A stretch of 64,000 bases of DNA from a virus. Below are positions 15,809 to 24,186 of the stretch, in pieces. How positions within the stretch are numbered: the first letter of the stretch is position 1; every line of letters starts with the position of its first letter. The translations under genes and the position numbers were made by a program. Where the stretch lies: positions 1 through 64,000 of the IMG/VR virus record IMGVR_UViG_3300031257_000001. The stretch is one strand, 5' to 3'. Under the pieces are notes generated by a model, which worked only from the letters and a program-made list of their open reading frames with translations, was not told the origin of the DNA and ran no database searches.

Positions 15809-16611
15809 GCAAGCACTCTGTGTTCGATGACCCCGTGGAGATGGTTCGGCAAGGGCTGGGCGTCTGGAATTGGGTCCGGATCACCCTCCACCACCCGGAA
15901 CATGCCGACCAGCTGCTGATCATGCTCATGGCAGACGCCATGAAGCTTCCCGGGCCCGACGGGCAGCTGATCCGCTTCTGCGTCACCGCGAAGCAGCAGC
16001 AGCAGATCGCGGACCTCGTGGGCGGCGTGTTCCACACCACGCGGACTGCCGATGAGCGTCACCGCTGCGCCGACACCAAGCTCAAACCTATCACTCGGAT
16101 TGACGGCAAGATCTGCGCGTTGTCCACCGACCAGCGCCATTCGGAGTTGATGGACAACGCCATTGTTCACGCCGTGGCTCCGGGCCAGAAGGTCGGTCTG
16201 GTCTCCACGGTAGGGAAGCCGTGGACGTTGACGCAGCAGATGGCGACGGATCCACGACGGTACGGCGACGCCACTGCCTTCAACTATGGGTGGCACGATC
16301 CGAGCGCCCCGTCGCACTCCCCGGGGCTGATGAAGCTCTGGCAGGACATCATCCACGCCAACTCCAAGCACGTTCACAACGATGAACATCACGACCCGTC
16401 GCAGACATGTGAGTTCCCTTCCAACGAGGCCATCTTGGTTCACGAGGACGGAAGCAACGACGTGGTCAAGTTGGCCGACATGTACCAGCATCCTGAGCTG
16501 TGGAAGCTGGTGAGCTACGAGGGGCCCCTGAAGCACGTCCGGCAACCATCCGTGCCAAAAACCGAGGGCGACTTGTTCGTGCTGCCCCCGGAGACCATCA
16601 CGCCGGAATAG
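15805..16611 (+). CDS. Hypothetical protein
   Basis: ATGA coupling; 268 aa. Confidence 0.7.
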   Translation: MSKHSVFDDPVEMVRQGLGVWNWVRITLHHPEHADQLLIMLMADAMKLPGPDGQLIRFCVTAKQQQQIADLVGGVFHTTRTADERHRCADTKLKPITRIDGKICALSTDQRHSELMDNAIVHAVAPGQKVGLVSTVGKPWTLTQQMATDPRRYGDATAFNYGWHDPSAPSHSPGLMKLWQDIIHANSKHVHNDEHHDPSQTCEFPSNEAILVHEDGSNDVVKLADMYQHPELWKLVSYEGPLKHVRQPSVPKTEGDLFVLPPETITPE

Positions 16612-16615
16612 CGTG

Positions 16616-16900
16616 ATGGCTGACAAGGAAGGACTGGCTCGCCGCAAGGGCCACCCTACCTATCGTTGCACGCGCTGCGGCGATATGTTCGTCAGTCTGG
16701 ACTTCGAGGCGGAGGCGAGCAGCTTGTTGCCACTGATGTCGGGATCTGGTGTGATGGAAGCGAATGGGGTTTCGCGAGTCACACTCCACACCTGCGGGGA
16801 TGGTGGGATCGGCATTGGAAGCATCACCGGGTTGACACCCACTGAGAAGATCCAGAAGGCCATCGCCAAACAACAGACACGGAGCCGGAGCGTGAATTGA
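16616..16900 (+). CDS. Small zinc-ribbon protein
   Basis: YRCTRCG...LHTC. Confidence 0.55.
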   Translation: MADKEGLARRKGHPTYRCTRCGDMFVSLDFEAEASSLLPLMSGSGVMEANGVSRVTLHTCGDGGIGIGSITGLTPTEKIQKAIAKQQTRSRSVN

Positions 16901-16912
16901 TCTGACTGGGTC

Positions 16913-17425
16913 ATGGGGAATCACAACGGGAATCGACGACATGCACCGAACACCAAGCTCACAGCGCAATCAGTAGCGGCAATCAAGGCTCGCATCGTGA
17001 AGGGGGAGTCCTTCACAACGCTGGCCCGTGAGCTTGGTGTGTCATACCAAGCGGTGTACAACCTGGCCATAGGGAAGGCGTGGGGCGACATCCCCCCGTT
17101 CGGGAACTTGGTTTCCCGTGAGAAGCCGGGGCGGGCCCTGTCGCCGGAGCGGCGTGACAAGTTGTATGGGTTGAAGCGCAAGCGCGGCATGAGCAACGCG
17201 AAGCTCGCCCGGCGAGCTGGTGTGTCTGAATCAGTCGTCGCACGAGCGATGCGAGACGCAATGATTGTGTTGGCGTTCCGCGTCCAGAGGCTTCTGCTCA
17301 CATCCGGCAACCACAGTTTGTCGATGAAACGCTTTGGGCTGTCCCGCAATGATGCGGAACGCTTGACTGGGGTAGCGGCATCCAGCCGCATTCCGAAGCA
17401 TCTTGCTAAGGAGCTAGAGACATGA
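16913..17425 (+). CDS. Double-HTH DNA-binding protein
   Basis: KLTAQSVAAIK...LARELGVSYQAV and LARRAGVSESVV. Confidence 0.65.
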   Translation: MGNHNGNRRHAPNTKLTAQSVAAIKARIVKGESFTTLARELGVSYQAVYNLAIGKAWGDIPPFGNLVSREKPGRALSPERRDKLYGLKRKRGMSNAKLARRAGVSESVVARAMRDAMIVLAFRVQRLLLTSGNHSLSMKRFGLSRNDAERLTGVAASSRIPKHLAKELET

Positions 17426-17865
17426 ACAACCACAAGGTGCTAGTGTTCAAAACAGATGACGGGGAATGGCAGGGCGAGGTGAACGGGGACGGGAACCCGA
17501 GGCGTACCGATGAGTACGGCTACTCACTGGATCCGGACGGGTGCTTGTCGAGGGCTGCCGTGCTCCGCGAGGCCAACGCCATCATGGCTGCAAAAATCAG
17601 GTTCGCACATCTGGAGACCTGGTCAGTGGCCCGTGATGACCTGGCAACGTTCATCCACTCATATCAAGAGGCGCCCGGGCGCAGCACGCCGCTCACGTCG
17701 TATCTGTTCGGCGAGCAGCAATTGGATGACGCTTCCATCCGCGAGGGGATCTATGGCGCTGTGCTCGGATCCGATTCGCTCGGGGCCACCATAGGCCACG
17801 CGCTTCTCACGCTCCCGGCGAGCGAACGCACCGCGGTAGTCGCCTCTGCCATGTGCAAGGGATAG
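17422..17865 (+). CDS. Hypothetical protein
   Basis: RBS AAGGAG; ATGA coupling. Confidence 0.6.
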   Translation: MNNHKVLVFKTDDGEWQGEVNGDGNPRRTDEYGYSLDPDGCLSRAAVLREANAIMAAKIRFAHLETWSVARDDLATFIHSYQEAPGRSTPLTSYLFGEQQLDDASIREGIYGAVLGSDSLGATIGHALLTLPASERTAVVASAMCKG

Positions 17866-17875
17866 AATCCCTTCG

Positions 17876-18529
17876 ATGGCAAAGGGCCTGACCAAGACCG
17901 AGCTGCTGGAACTGGCCGTCACCATCTACGACAGGATGGTGGCCGGCGACTCCGAAGCGGACATCATGTCCACCTACAGCTGTGATGAGGAGACATTCCG
18001 CAAGGCTCGCAAGATCATGCTGGACTCCCGGGCGCAGGAGTCCCGCGACAAGCCGCGCGAGCACGTGTATGTGGAGTACTGTATCGCCCAGCAACAGAAC
18101 ATCCTGGATCTGGACAGGTTCATCCGGGAGCTGGACTCAGCGCGACAGTACAATGCGGTGGTCGGGGCCATCCGGCTCCGCTCGGACATCGTGGACAAGA
18201 TGGTGCAGCGCGGGATGGAGTTTGGCGTCATCCGCAAAGAGCCGGAGCGCAAGGAGATTGTCGCCGGCGTGGTCATCGCCGACATGACGTCCGGCGACTT
18301 GAAGAAAGCCATCTTGGGGCAGATCAGAACCATGAACGAGATGATCGCCCGGTTTGGCGACGGCGACATCATGTCACTGGAGCCCGGGACGCTCCACTAT
18401 GGTGATCCAATCACCATTCCAACAGTCCCGCCGCCCCACGAGCTTCCACCCAGGGCCGAAGGGAAGGCCAAGGCCAAGTCATCCAAACGTTCCGCCGGCC
18501 GCCGGCGGGTAAGAGAGGCTACAACGTGA
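17876..18529 (+). CDS. Probable terminase small subunit
   Basis: N-terminal HTH-like region, helical core and basic tail; located at the start of the late module. Confidence 0.45.
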   Translation: MAKGLTKTELLELAVTIYDRMVAGDSEADIMSTYSCDEETFRKARKIMLDSRAQESRDKPREHVYVEYCIAQQQNILDLDRFIRELDSARQYNAVVGAIRLRSDIVDKMVQRGMEFGVIRKEPERKEIVAGVVIADMTSGDLKKAILGQIRTMNEMIARFGDGDIMSLEPGTLHYGDPITIPTVPPPHELPPRAEGKAKAKSSKRSAGRRRVREATT

Positions 18530-19581
18530 AATACGAATTGGGCTCAAAGGGCAAGGAAGTCAAGCATCTCCAGCAGGTCCTGATGATCCTGGGGTATCCA
18601 CTTCCCAAGTTCGGGCCAGACGGCGAACTGGGCAACGAGACGATGCGGGTGCTGGAAGCTGCAGCGCTCGACCTCGGGACGGACGTTGACGAGGAAGGGC
18701 TTCACACCCAGGCAGAGATCACGGCCACGGTGGAGTCCGTCCTGGGCAAGTTCAAGGAGATCAACGACCAGTCCGGCACCGTCCACATGAGGTGTCTGTA
18801 CGAGCAGACGATGCGCCACCGCCGGGGGCCCCGGAGCTGGAGCGACATCGACGCCATCGTGCTCCACCAGACGGCTTGCCAGATGAAGCCCCTGGCGCGC
18901 TACTGGGCTGGCGTCCCGGCACACGTGGGGATCCCGCACGGGATGTTGGTGCCCACCGTGTACCTGCTGTCGCCGCTGAACCAGCTGCTGTGGCACGCCA
19001 ACAGCTTCAACCGGCGCTCTGTCGGAATCGAGGTCAGCGGGAACCATGCTGGCGTCATCAGCCCGAGCGGGGTGCGCTTCGGGAACGACGCTGACGAGCT
19101 GAAGACGGACAGCCCAAATTCAGTCCACTCCGGTCTGTTGAAGGTTGAGAAGTGGTATTCTGAGCGTACGTGCTGGAAGCCAGGACGTGGGCCAGACCGG
19201 CTGGACAAGAACATGATCGAGGGCGGCCGCGCCGCCATCGCCCACATCATCGAGACGGTGGAGGCGAACGGTGGCCACATCAAGTACGTGTTTGCGCACC
19301 GTCAATCGAGCAAGAATCGCGTTGCCGATCCAGGGCAGGAGATCTGGACCGAACTGGGACGATGGGCGATGGAGGAGCACGGCCTCAGTGACGGCGGCGA
19401 CAAGTTCGTGTCCGGGAAGGGGTATCCATTGCCGGATGTCTGGACCGGCGAGAAGCGCGGCGTCACCTACTTCCCGTGGGGCGACAGGAAGCTGCAGAAG
19501 CCCACGGATAAACACACGCTCAGAGACTTGGGCAGGGAGTCCGAGTACGCAGAAGCCGATTGGAAACGCAAACAGCTGTGA
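18526..19581 (+). CDS. Endolysin: PG-binding domain plus N-acetylmuramoyl-L-alanine amidase
   Basis: LGSKGKEVKHLQ...GPDGELG; AIVLHQTA, LWHAN...SVGIEV, AHRQ...DPG. Confidence 0.85.
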   Translation: MKYELGSKGKEVKHLQQVLMILGYPLPKFGPDGELGNETMRVLEAAALDLGTDVDEEGLHTQAEITATVESVLGKFKEINDQSGTVHMRCLYEQTMRHRRGPRSWSDIDAIVLHQTACQMKPLARYWAGVPAHVGIPHGMLVPTVYLLSPLNQLLWHANSFNRRSVGIEVSGNHAGVISPSGVRFGNDADELKTDSPNSVHSGLLKVEKWYSERTCWKPGRGPDRLDKNMIEGGRAAIAHIIETVEANGGHIKYVFAHRQSSKNRVADPGQEIWTELGRWAMEEHGLSDGGDKFVSGKGYPLPDVWTGEKRGVTYFPWGDRKLQKPTDKHTLRDLGRESEYAEADWKRKQL

Positions 19582-19722
19582 AACACGTCAAGATTGCCTT
19601 GGATGCGCGCATCGAGATGGGAGCCAAAAGCGCAAACGCTTCGCGGAAGTAATGGGATGCGAGTAACCTACAGCCACTAGACCGGGGCCACCGCGGCCCA
19701 CACAGACAAGGAGCATGGTCGC

Positions 19723-20025
19723 ATGTCTTCAGGCGTATCAAGAATGGCCGTGGGCTCGTTCACCGGGACCGGCGCAATCCTCAATATCCGGACGATCGAC
19801 TTTCGCCCACGGCGTGTGGTCTTGACCAATGTCTCTGCCGACAATGCCAAGGGCGAATGGTTGGAAGGCATGGCGGCCGATTCTGCCATCAAGACGATCA
19901 CCGATGGGACCATCAGCATCATTACTTCGGGTGGCATCACGATCCTGTCCAACGGGTTCACGCTGGGTGCCGACACGGACCTTAACGTGTCCGGTGAATT
20001 GGTTCGTTTCGTCGCTTGGGAATAA
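19723..20025 (+). CDS. Small beta-rich putative virion protein
   Basis: RBS AAGGAG; Gly/Thr-rich. Confidence 0.6.
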   Translation: MSSGVSRMAVGSFTGTGAILNIRTIDFRPRRVVLTNVSADNAKGEWLEGMAADSAIKTITDGTISIITSGGITILSNGFTLGADTDLNVSGELVRFVAWE

Positions 20026-20101
20026 ACAGACCGGCGCTACCATCTGCAGAGTCAAGGGCGCCGATTAGGCGGATGCCCGTTTGCTCTGAGGAGAGTGAAC
20101 A

Positions 20102-20563
20102 ATGTCATTTTACGACCAGCCTGGACGTGATGGTCGACGTAAGAGCGATCCGTTGAAGACCATTGTCACCAATCCGGCGCTTGCTCCGGATCTGCAGTTG
20201 GTACGTTTGGTGGCGTCGGATGACGATTTCATGAGCCAAGCCGTCAAATCTAATGGTGTCAATTTTGGACGATTCAGGACTGGGTGTTTCCAAATTGTGC
20301 CGTTGGCGGATGACGACTTGGATAGTCCATCGTTGGGTACTGCCAATGTGTCTGTAGAGATGATGGCATGGTGTCCGTTGCTAGGCAGGTTCATCCATGC
20401 TAATCCGGTTGCTACATACACAGGTCTGGGTGCTGGAATTCCATATGAATTGGAATTTGCCAGCGATGGTCTGATCATCATGCCGTCAGTCACAGGCACT
20501 GCAGGTGGAACAGAGGTGGTTGCTGTTTACGCAGCAGGATACGTACCATACTACATGCCATAG
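20102..20563 (+). CDS. Hypothetical, putative structural protein
   Basis: RBS GAGGAG. Confidence 0.6.
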   Translation: MSFYDQPGRDGRRKSDPLKTIVTNPALAPDLQLVRLVASDDDFMSQAVKSNGVNFGRFRTGCFQIVPLADDDLDSPSLGTANVSVEMMAWCPLLGRFIHANPVATYTGLGAGIPYELEFASDGLIIMPSVTGTAGGTEVVAVYAAGYVPYYMP

Positions 20564-20570
20564 GAGCGCC

Positions 20571-20837
20571 GTGCCATTCCCCAATGAGCACGCCGCTCGC
20601 CAGAAGCCACCTGGCGGCTACAAGCGCTTCAGACGCGGCAAGCTCCCCGGAGCCCCCAAAGGGGTCTCAGCCATCTGGGGCATCACGACCGCCGGGAAGG
20701 CTGAGATCCAATCGCTCCGTTTCGACGTGTCGTTGTGGACCGCGGACCGGGCGAAGCGTTGGTTGAAGTTACACGGGTTCAAGTCGGCCGGGTTCGAGCG
20801 TGCAGCGACCAAAGTGGAGTGGAAGGGCTTGGTGTGA
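20571..20837 (+). CDS. Small head-associated protein with C-terminal KVEWKGLV
   Basis: RBS AGGAG; PFPNEHAAR...EIQSLRF...W; C-terminal motif shared with the scaffold. Confidence 0.6.
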   Translation: MPFPNEHAARQKPPGGYKRFRRGKLPGAPKGVSAIWGITTAGKAEIQSLRFDVSLWTADRAKRWLKLHGFKSAGFERAATKVEWKGLV

Positions 20838-22324
20838 AGCCCGCTGTCGCGACAGTCTTGCCAATCAAGAAGCTGGACGCAGCCGATCGCAGCCAGCTGG
20901 TAGAGTACTGGCGGCACTGTCGCCAGATGGGGAACGAGTGGATCCGGCGACAGGTGCTGGATCTGAATCGCATCGACATCCTCGCCGGGGCGGTGATGGG
21001 TCTCGATGTCATGCCGTTCCACCTGGCGATGATGAGGTGGCAGTTCCTTCACACTGAAAGCCTACAGCTGGTTTTCCGTGGAGCGGGCAAGAGCACGTGC
21101 TGCACCATCGCCAAGGCCATCCACCTTCTACTCAAGAATCCCAACCTCCGCATTCTGATCGCCTCCAAGACGGCACAGAATGCGGAGGGCTTCCTGCGTG
21201 AGATCAAGAACCACTTTGAATCCAACGAGTTGTTGGCCGAAGTGTTCGGCGCCTACTATGACCCGCGCAAGGTTGCTAAGTGGGACAACAAAGAGATTGA
21301 GGTGCTGCCACGGACCATCCCGAACAAGGAGGCGTCCATCACGTGCGTCGGTGCCGATGGCACCATCGTGTCCAAGCACTATGACGTCATCTTGTCTGAT
21401 GACCTCGTGGATGAAGAGAACAGCCGAACGAAGCATCAGCGTGACAAGCTCCGCACATGGTACTACCAGACCTTGGACCCGACTCTGGAGCCGCCCGATC
21501 CAGCAGTACCGCACCGAGGAGAACACCACAGGCAGGGGACCCGTTATCACTTCGCGGACCTGTGGGGACACTTGGAGGCGAACGAGCTGAAGGAGCACAC
21601 GCAGGTCATCCCGGCGTTGGATGCATCCGGGTGCTCGCCATGGCCCGAGCGGTTCCCGCCGGCGTGGTTCGCACAGAAGCTCCGCAAGTCCGGGCTCATC
21701 ATCTTCAACGCTCAATATCAATGCGACACTGAAGCAATGAAGGGTGAGATATTTCAGTATGACGACTGTCAGCAATTGTGCGAGGACGATTGGCCGCGCA
21801 AGGATGCGTTGCGCATCTTCATGGGCGTTGACCTTGCCATCTCGCAGGATGAAAAGGCTGACAAGTTTGCCATCGTGGTGATCGGCATCACCGTGGACCG
21901 CTCCGGCTACTATGTGTTGGACTACTATGAGGAGCAACTGCGGTTCAAGGCCCAGACGGCAAAGATCATCGAGTACATCCGGAGATGGGACCCAATCAGG
22001 GTGGGGATTGAGACCAACCAGTACCAAGAGGCCCAATATCAGAATCTGAAGGATGAGGAGCGCGAAGATGAGGATGTGCCCATTCTTCCGCTGCGGGCCA
22101 TCAAGACCATCAAGGACAAGATCACACGCGCCTGGAAGCTGTCTGCGTTGTTCGAGGACAAGCGGGTGTACTTCCGCAAGAGCCAGAGCCAATTGGTCGA
22201 GCACATGGTGCTATTCCCCAATCACCGATACAAGGACTTGTTCGACGCTTTTGACCTGGCGGTGGCAGCGAGTAAGATGAGGCGACGGCGACGGAAGCGC
22301 GAGACGGAGCCCGGAGTGATATGA
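20834..22324 (+). CDS. terL: Terminase large subunit
   Basis: Walker A-like FRGAGKS, Walker B ILSDDLVD, GTRYH, nuclease MGVDLA, IETN, KDLFDA. Confidence 0.92.
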   Translation: MKPAVATVLPIKKLDAADRSQLVEYWRHCRQMGNEWIRRQVLDLNRIDILAGAVMGLDVMPFHLAMMRWQFLHTESLQLVFRGAGKSTCCTIAKAIHLLLKNPNLRILIASKTAQNAEGFLREIKNHFESNELLAEVFGAYYDPRKVAKWDNKEIEVLPRTIPNKEASITCVGADGTIVSKHYDVILSDDLVDEENSRTKHQRDKLRTWYYQTLDPTLEPPDPAVPHRGEHHRQGTRYHFADLWGHLEANELKEHTQVIPALDASGCSPWPERFPPAWFAQKLRKSGLIIFNAQYQCDTEAMKGEIFQYDDCQQLCEDDWPRKDALRIFMGVDLAISQDEKADKFAIVVIGITVDRSGYYVLDYYEEQLRFKAQTAKIIEYIRRWDPIRVGIETNQYQEAQYQNLKDEEREDEDVPILPLRAIKTIKDKITRAWKLSALFEDKRVYFRKSQSQLVEHMVLFPNHRYKDLFDAFDLAVAASKMRRRRRKRETEPGVI

Positions 22325-24186
22325 GCGACGGCAATGCAGAAGTGGTCAACTTTGAGAGCGCCAGCCGGAGCGCAGACGGGGCCAATCGGAAAGCTCTGCG
22401 CAAGATCCGGGCGCGTGTCATCGAGGTCAACACAGAGAAGGCGGGAACCTCCCCAAGCGGATTGACAGGTGCCACCGCGAAGCCTGGCAAGAGCGAGGCG
22501 CCTCCCGAGGAGCCATTCCACACGCTGGCCCGGAAGGGTCTGGTCATCGAGCCCCCATTTGATATGCTCACGCTCGCGATGCTCGTGGAGCACAACAGCG
22601 AGCTGGGACAGTGCGTGGAGGCGATGGAGACCAACATCGACGGGACCGGGTTCAGGTTCATCTCCCGTTTGAAGTTGGACGACATCCCGCGTGACAAGCT
22701 GCCGTCGGAGGGCGGTGACGCCCCACCTGACGCTCCGAACCCAGAGATGACGCGCGCCTTGCGCGAAAAGACCAGGCTGACCAACTTCTTCACCTATTCC
22801 ACAGAGGAAAGCTTCACCAAGTTCAGGCGCAAGCTACGGCGCGACCTGGAGACCACTGGCAACGGCTACTTCGAGGTGTTGCGCAACGAGAAGGGCGACG
22901 TTCAGGGCTTCACCCACATCCCGTCCTACCAGATGCGGCTCGGGAAGTTGGAAGATGAGCAGCGACTTGTGGAGCGCAAGATTCTGGAATTGCAGGTTGA
23001 TGGCAGCGTCCAGATCAAGACACAGAAGGTGTGGCGTCGCTTCCGGCGCTACGTCCAGAGCCGGGCCATCCACCGTCGCAGCCTGTCCACAATCGAGGGG
23101 CACAAGGTCAGATGGTACAAGAGCTTTGGCGATGAGCGGGACGTTGACAAGCGTGACGGCCGCTATGCGTCGGAGGGCAAGCCTGTCGATGGCGACCAGA
23201 GAGCCACGGAGATCATCCACCTGAGCTTGTACAGCCCGCGCACGCCATATGGGCTGCCCAGGTTCATCGGGAACCTTTTGGCCATCTTTGGTGATCGGGC
23301 CGCTGAGGAGATCAACTACATCACATTCAGAAACAACAACATCCCGTCCATGGTCGTGTTGGCCTCCAACGGGCAGCTCACCGAGGGGACGATCAAGCGC
23401 ATTGAGAGCTTCGTGGAGAGCCAGATCCAGGGCTCCGACAATTACAGCAAGTTCCTGATCATCGAGGCGGAGCCGTTCGGTGAAGAGGGTGAGGACGGAG
23501 GGCAAGTCAAGGTTGACATCCAGCCGCTCACCAAGGACCAGCACCGGGACGCGCTGTTCCAGAACTACAGCCAAAACAACCAGGACAAGATCAGGCGTTG
23601 CTTCCGTTTGCCACCCATCTTCGTGGGGCGTTCCGATGACTACACGCGCGCGACTGCGGAAGCGAGCCGCCGTCTGGCCGACGAGCAGATCTTCAGTCCC
23701 GAGCGGGATGAATTCGACACTGTGGTGAACCGCGTCTTGTTCCCAGAGATGGGGATCCGCTTCCACCGCTTCAAGAGCAACAGCCCGAATACGACGGACA
23801 ACCAGCAGCTGGTCCGAATCCTCGCCGGCGCTGAGAAGACAGGCGGTATGACTCCACGCATCGCCCGGGCCATGCTGGAGGACATCCTGGGCATCGACCT
23901 CCCCGGCTTTCCGGAGGGCTTCCCTGCGGATTCGCCGTTCAGTTTGACAATGGCTGAAGCCGTCAAGAACAAGGGTGATGCGTCGGAGCCCGGGCAGCAG
24001 GTGACGGCGTTGAAGGCCATCGAGCAACTCACCGGCGGCGACCTCCTGGACTTCGATGACGACGATGAGAGCCTGCTGTCGGTGGCCAAGAAGCTGATGG
24101 CTCTCCAGAAGGCGGCAGAGGTGGCATGGCGCGCCAAGCTCGCCCGGGATGGTGAGCTTGATGAACCTGGCGCCGGCGCCGACTGA
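22321..24186 (+). CDS. Portal protein (PBSX-like)
   Basis: Follows TerL; DLETTGNGYFEV, YGLP, FRNNNIP, FRLPPIFVG...RATA. Confidence 0.9.
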   Translation: MSDGNAEVVNFESASRSADGANRKALRKIRARVIEVNTEKAGTSPSGLTGATAKPGKSEAPPEEPFHTLARKGLVIEPPFDMLTLAMLVEHNSELGQCVEAMETNIDGTGFRFISRLKLDDIPRDKLPSEGGDAPPDAPNPEMTRALREKTRLTNFFTYSTEESFTKFRRKLRRDLETTGNGYFEVLRNEKGDVQGFTHIPSYQMRLGKLEDEQRLVERKILELQVDGSVQIKTQKVWRRFRRYVQSRAIHRRSLSTIEGHKVRWYKSFGDERDVDKRDGRYASEGKPVDGDQRATEIIHLSLYSPRTPYGLPRFIGNLLAIFGDRAAEEINYITFRNNNIPSMVVLASNGQLTEGTIKRIESFVESQIQGSDNYSKFLIIEAEPFGEEGEDGGQVKVDIQPLTKDQHRDALFQNYSQNNQDKIRRCFRLPPIFVGRSDDYTRATAEASRRLADEQIFSPERDEFDTVVNRVLFPEMGIRFHRFKSNSPNTTDNQQLVRILAGAEKTGGMTPRIARAMLEDILGIDLPGFPEGFPADSPFSLTMAEAVKNKGDASEPGQQVTALKAIEQLTGGDLLDFDDDDESLLSVAKKLMALQKAAEVAWRAKLARDGELDEPGAGAD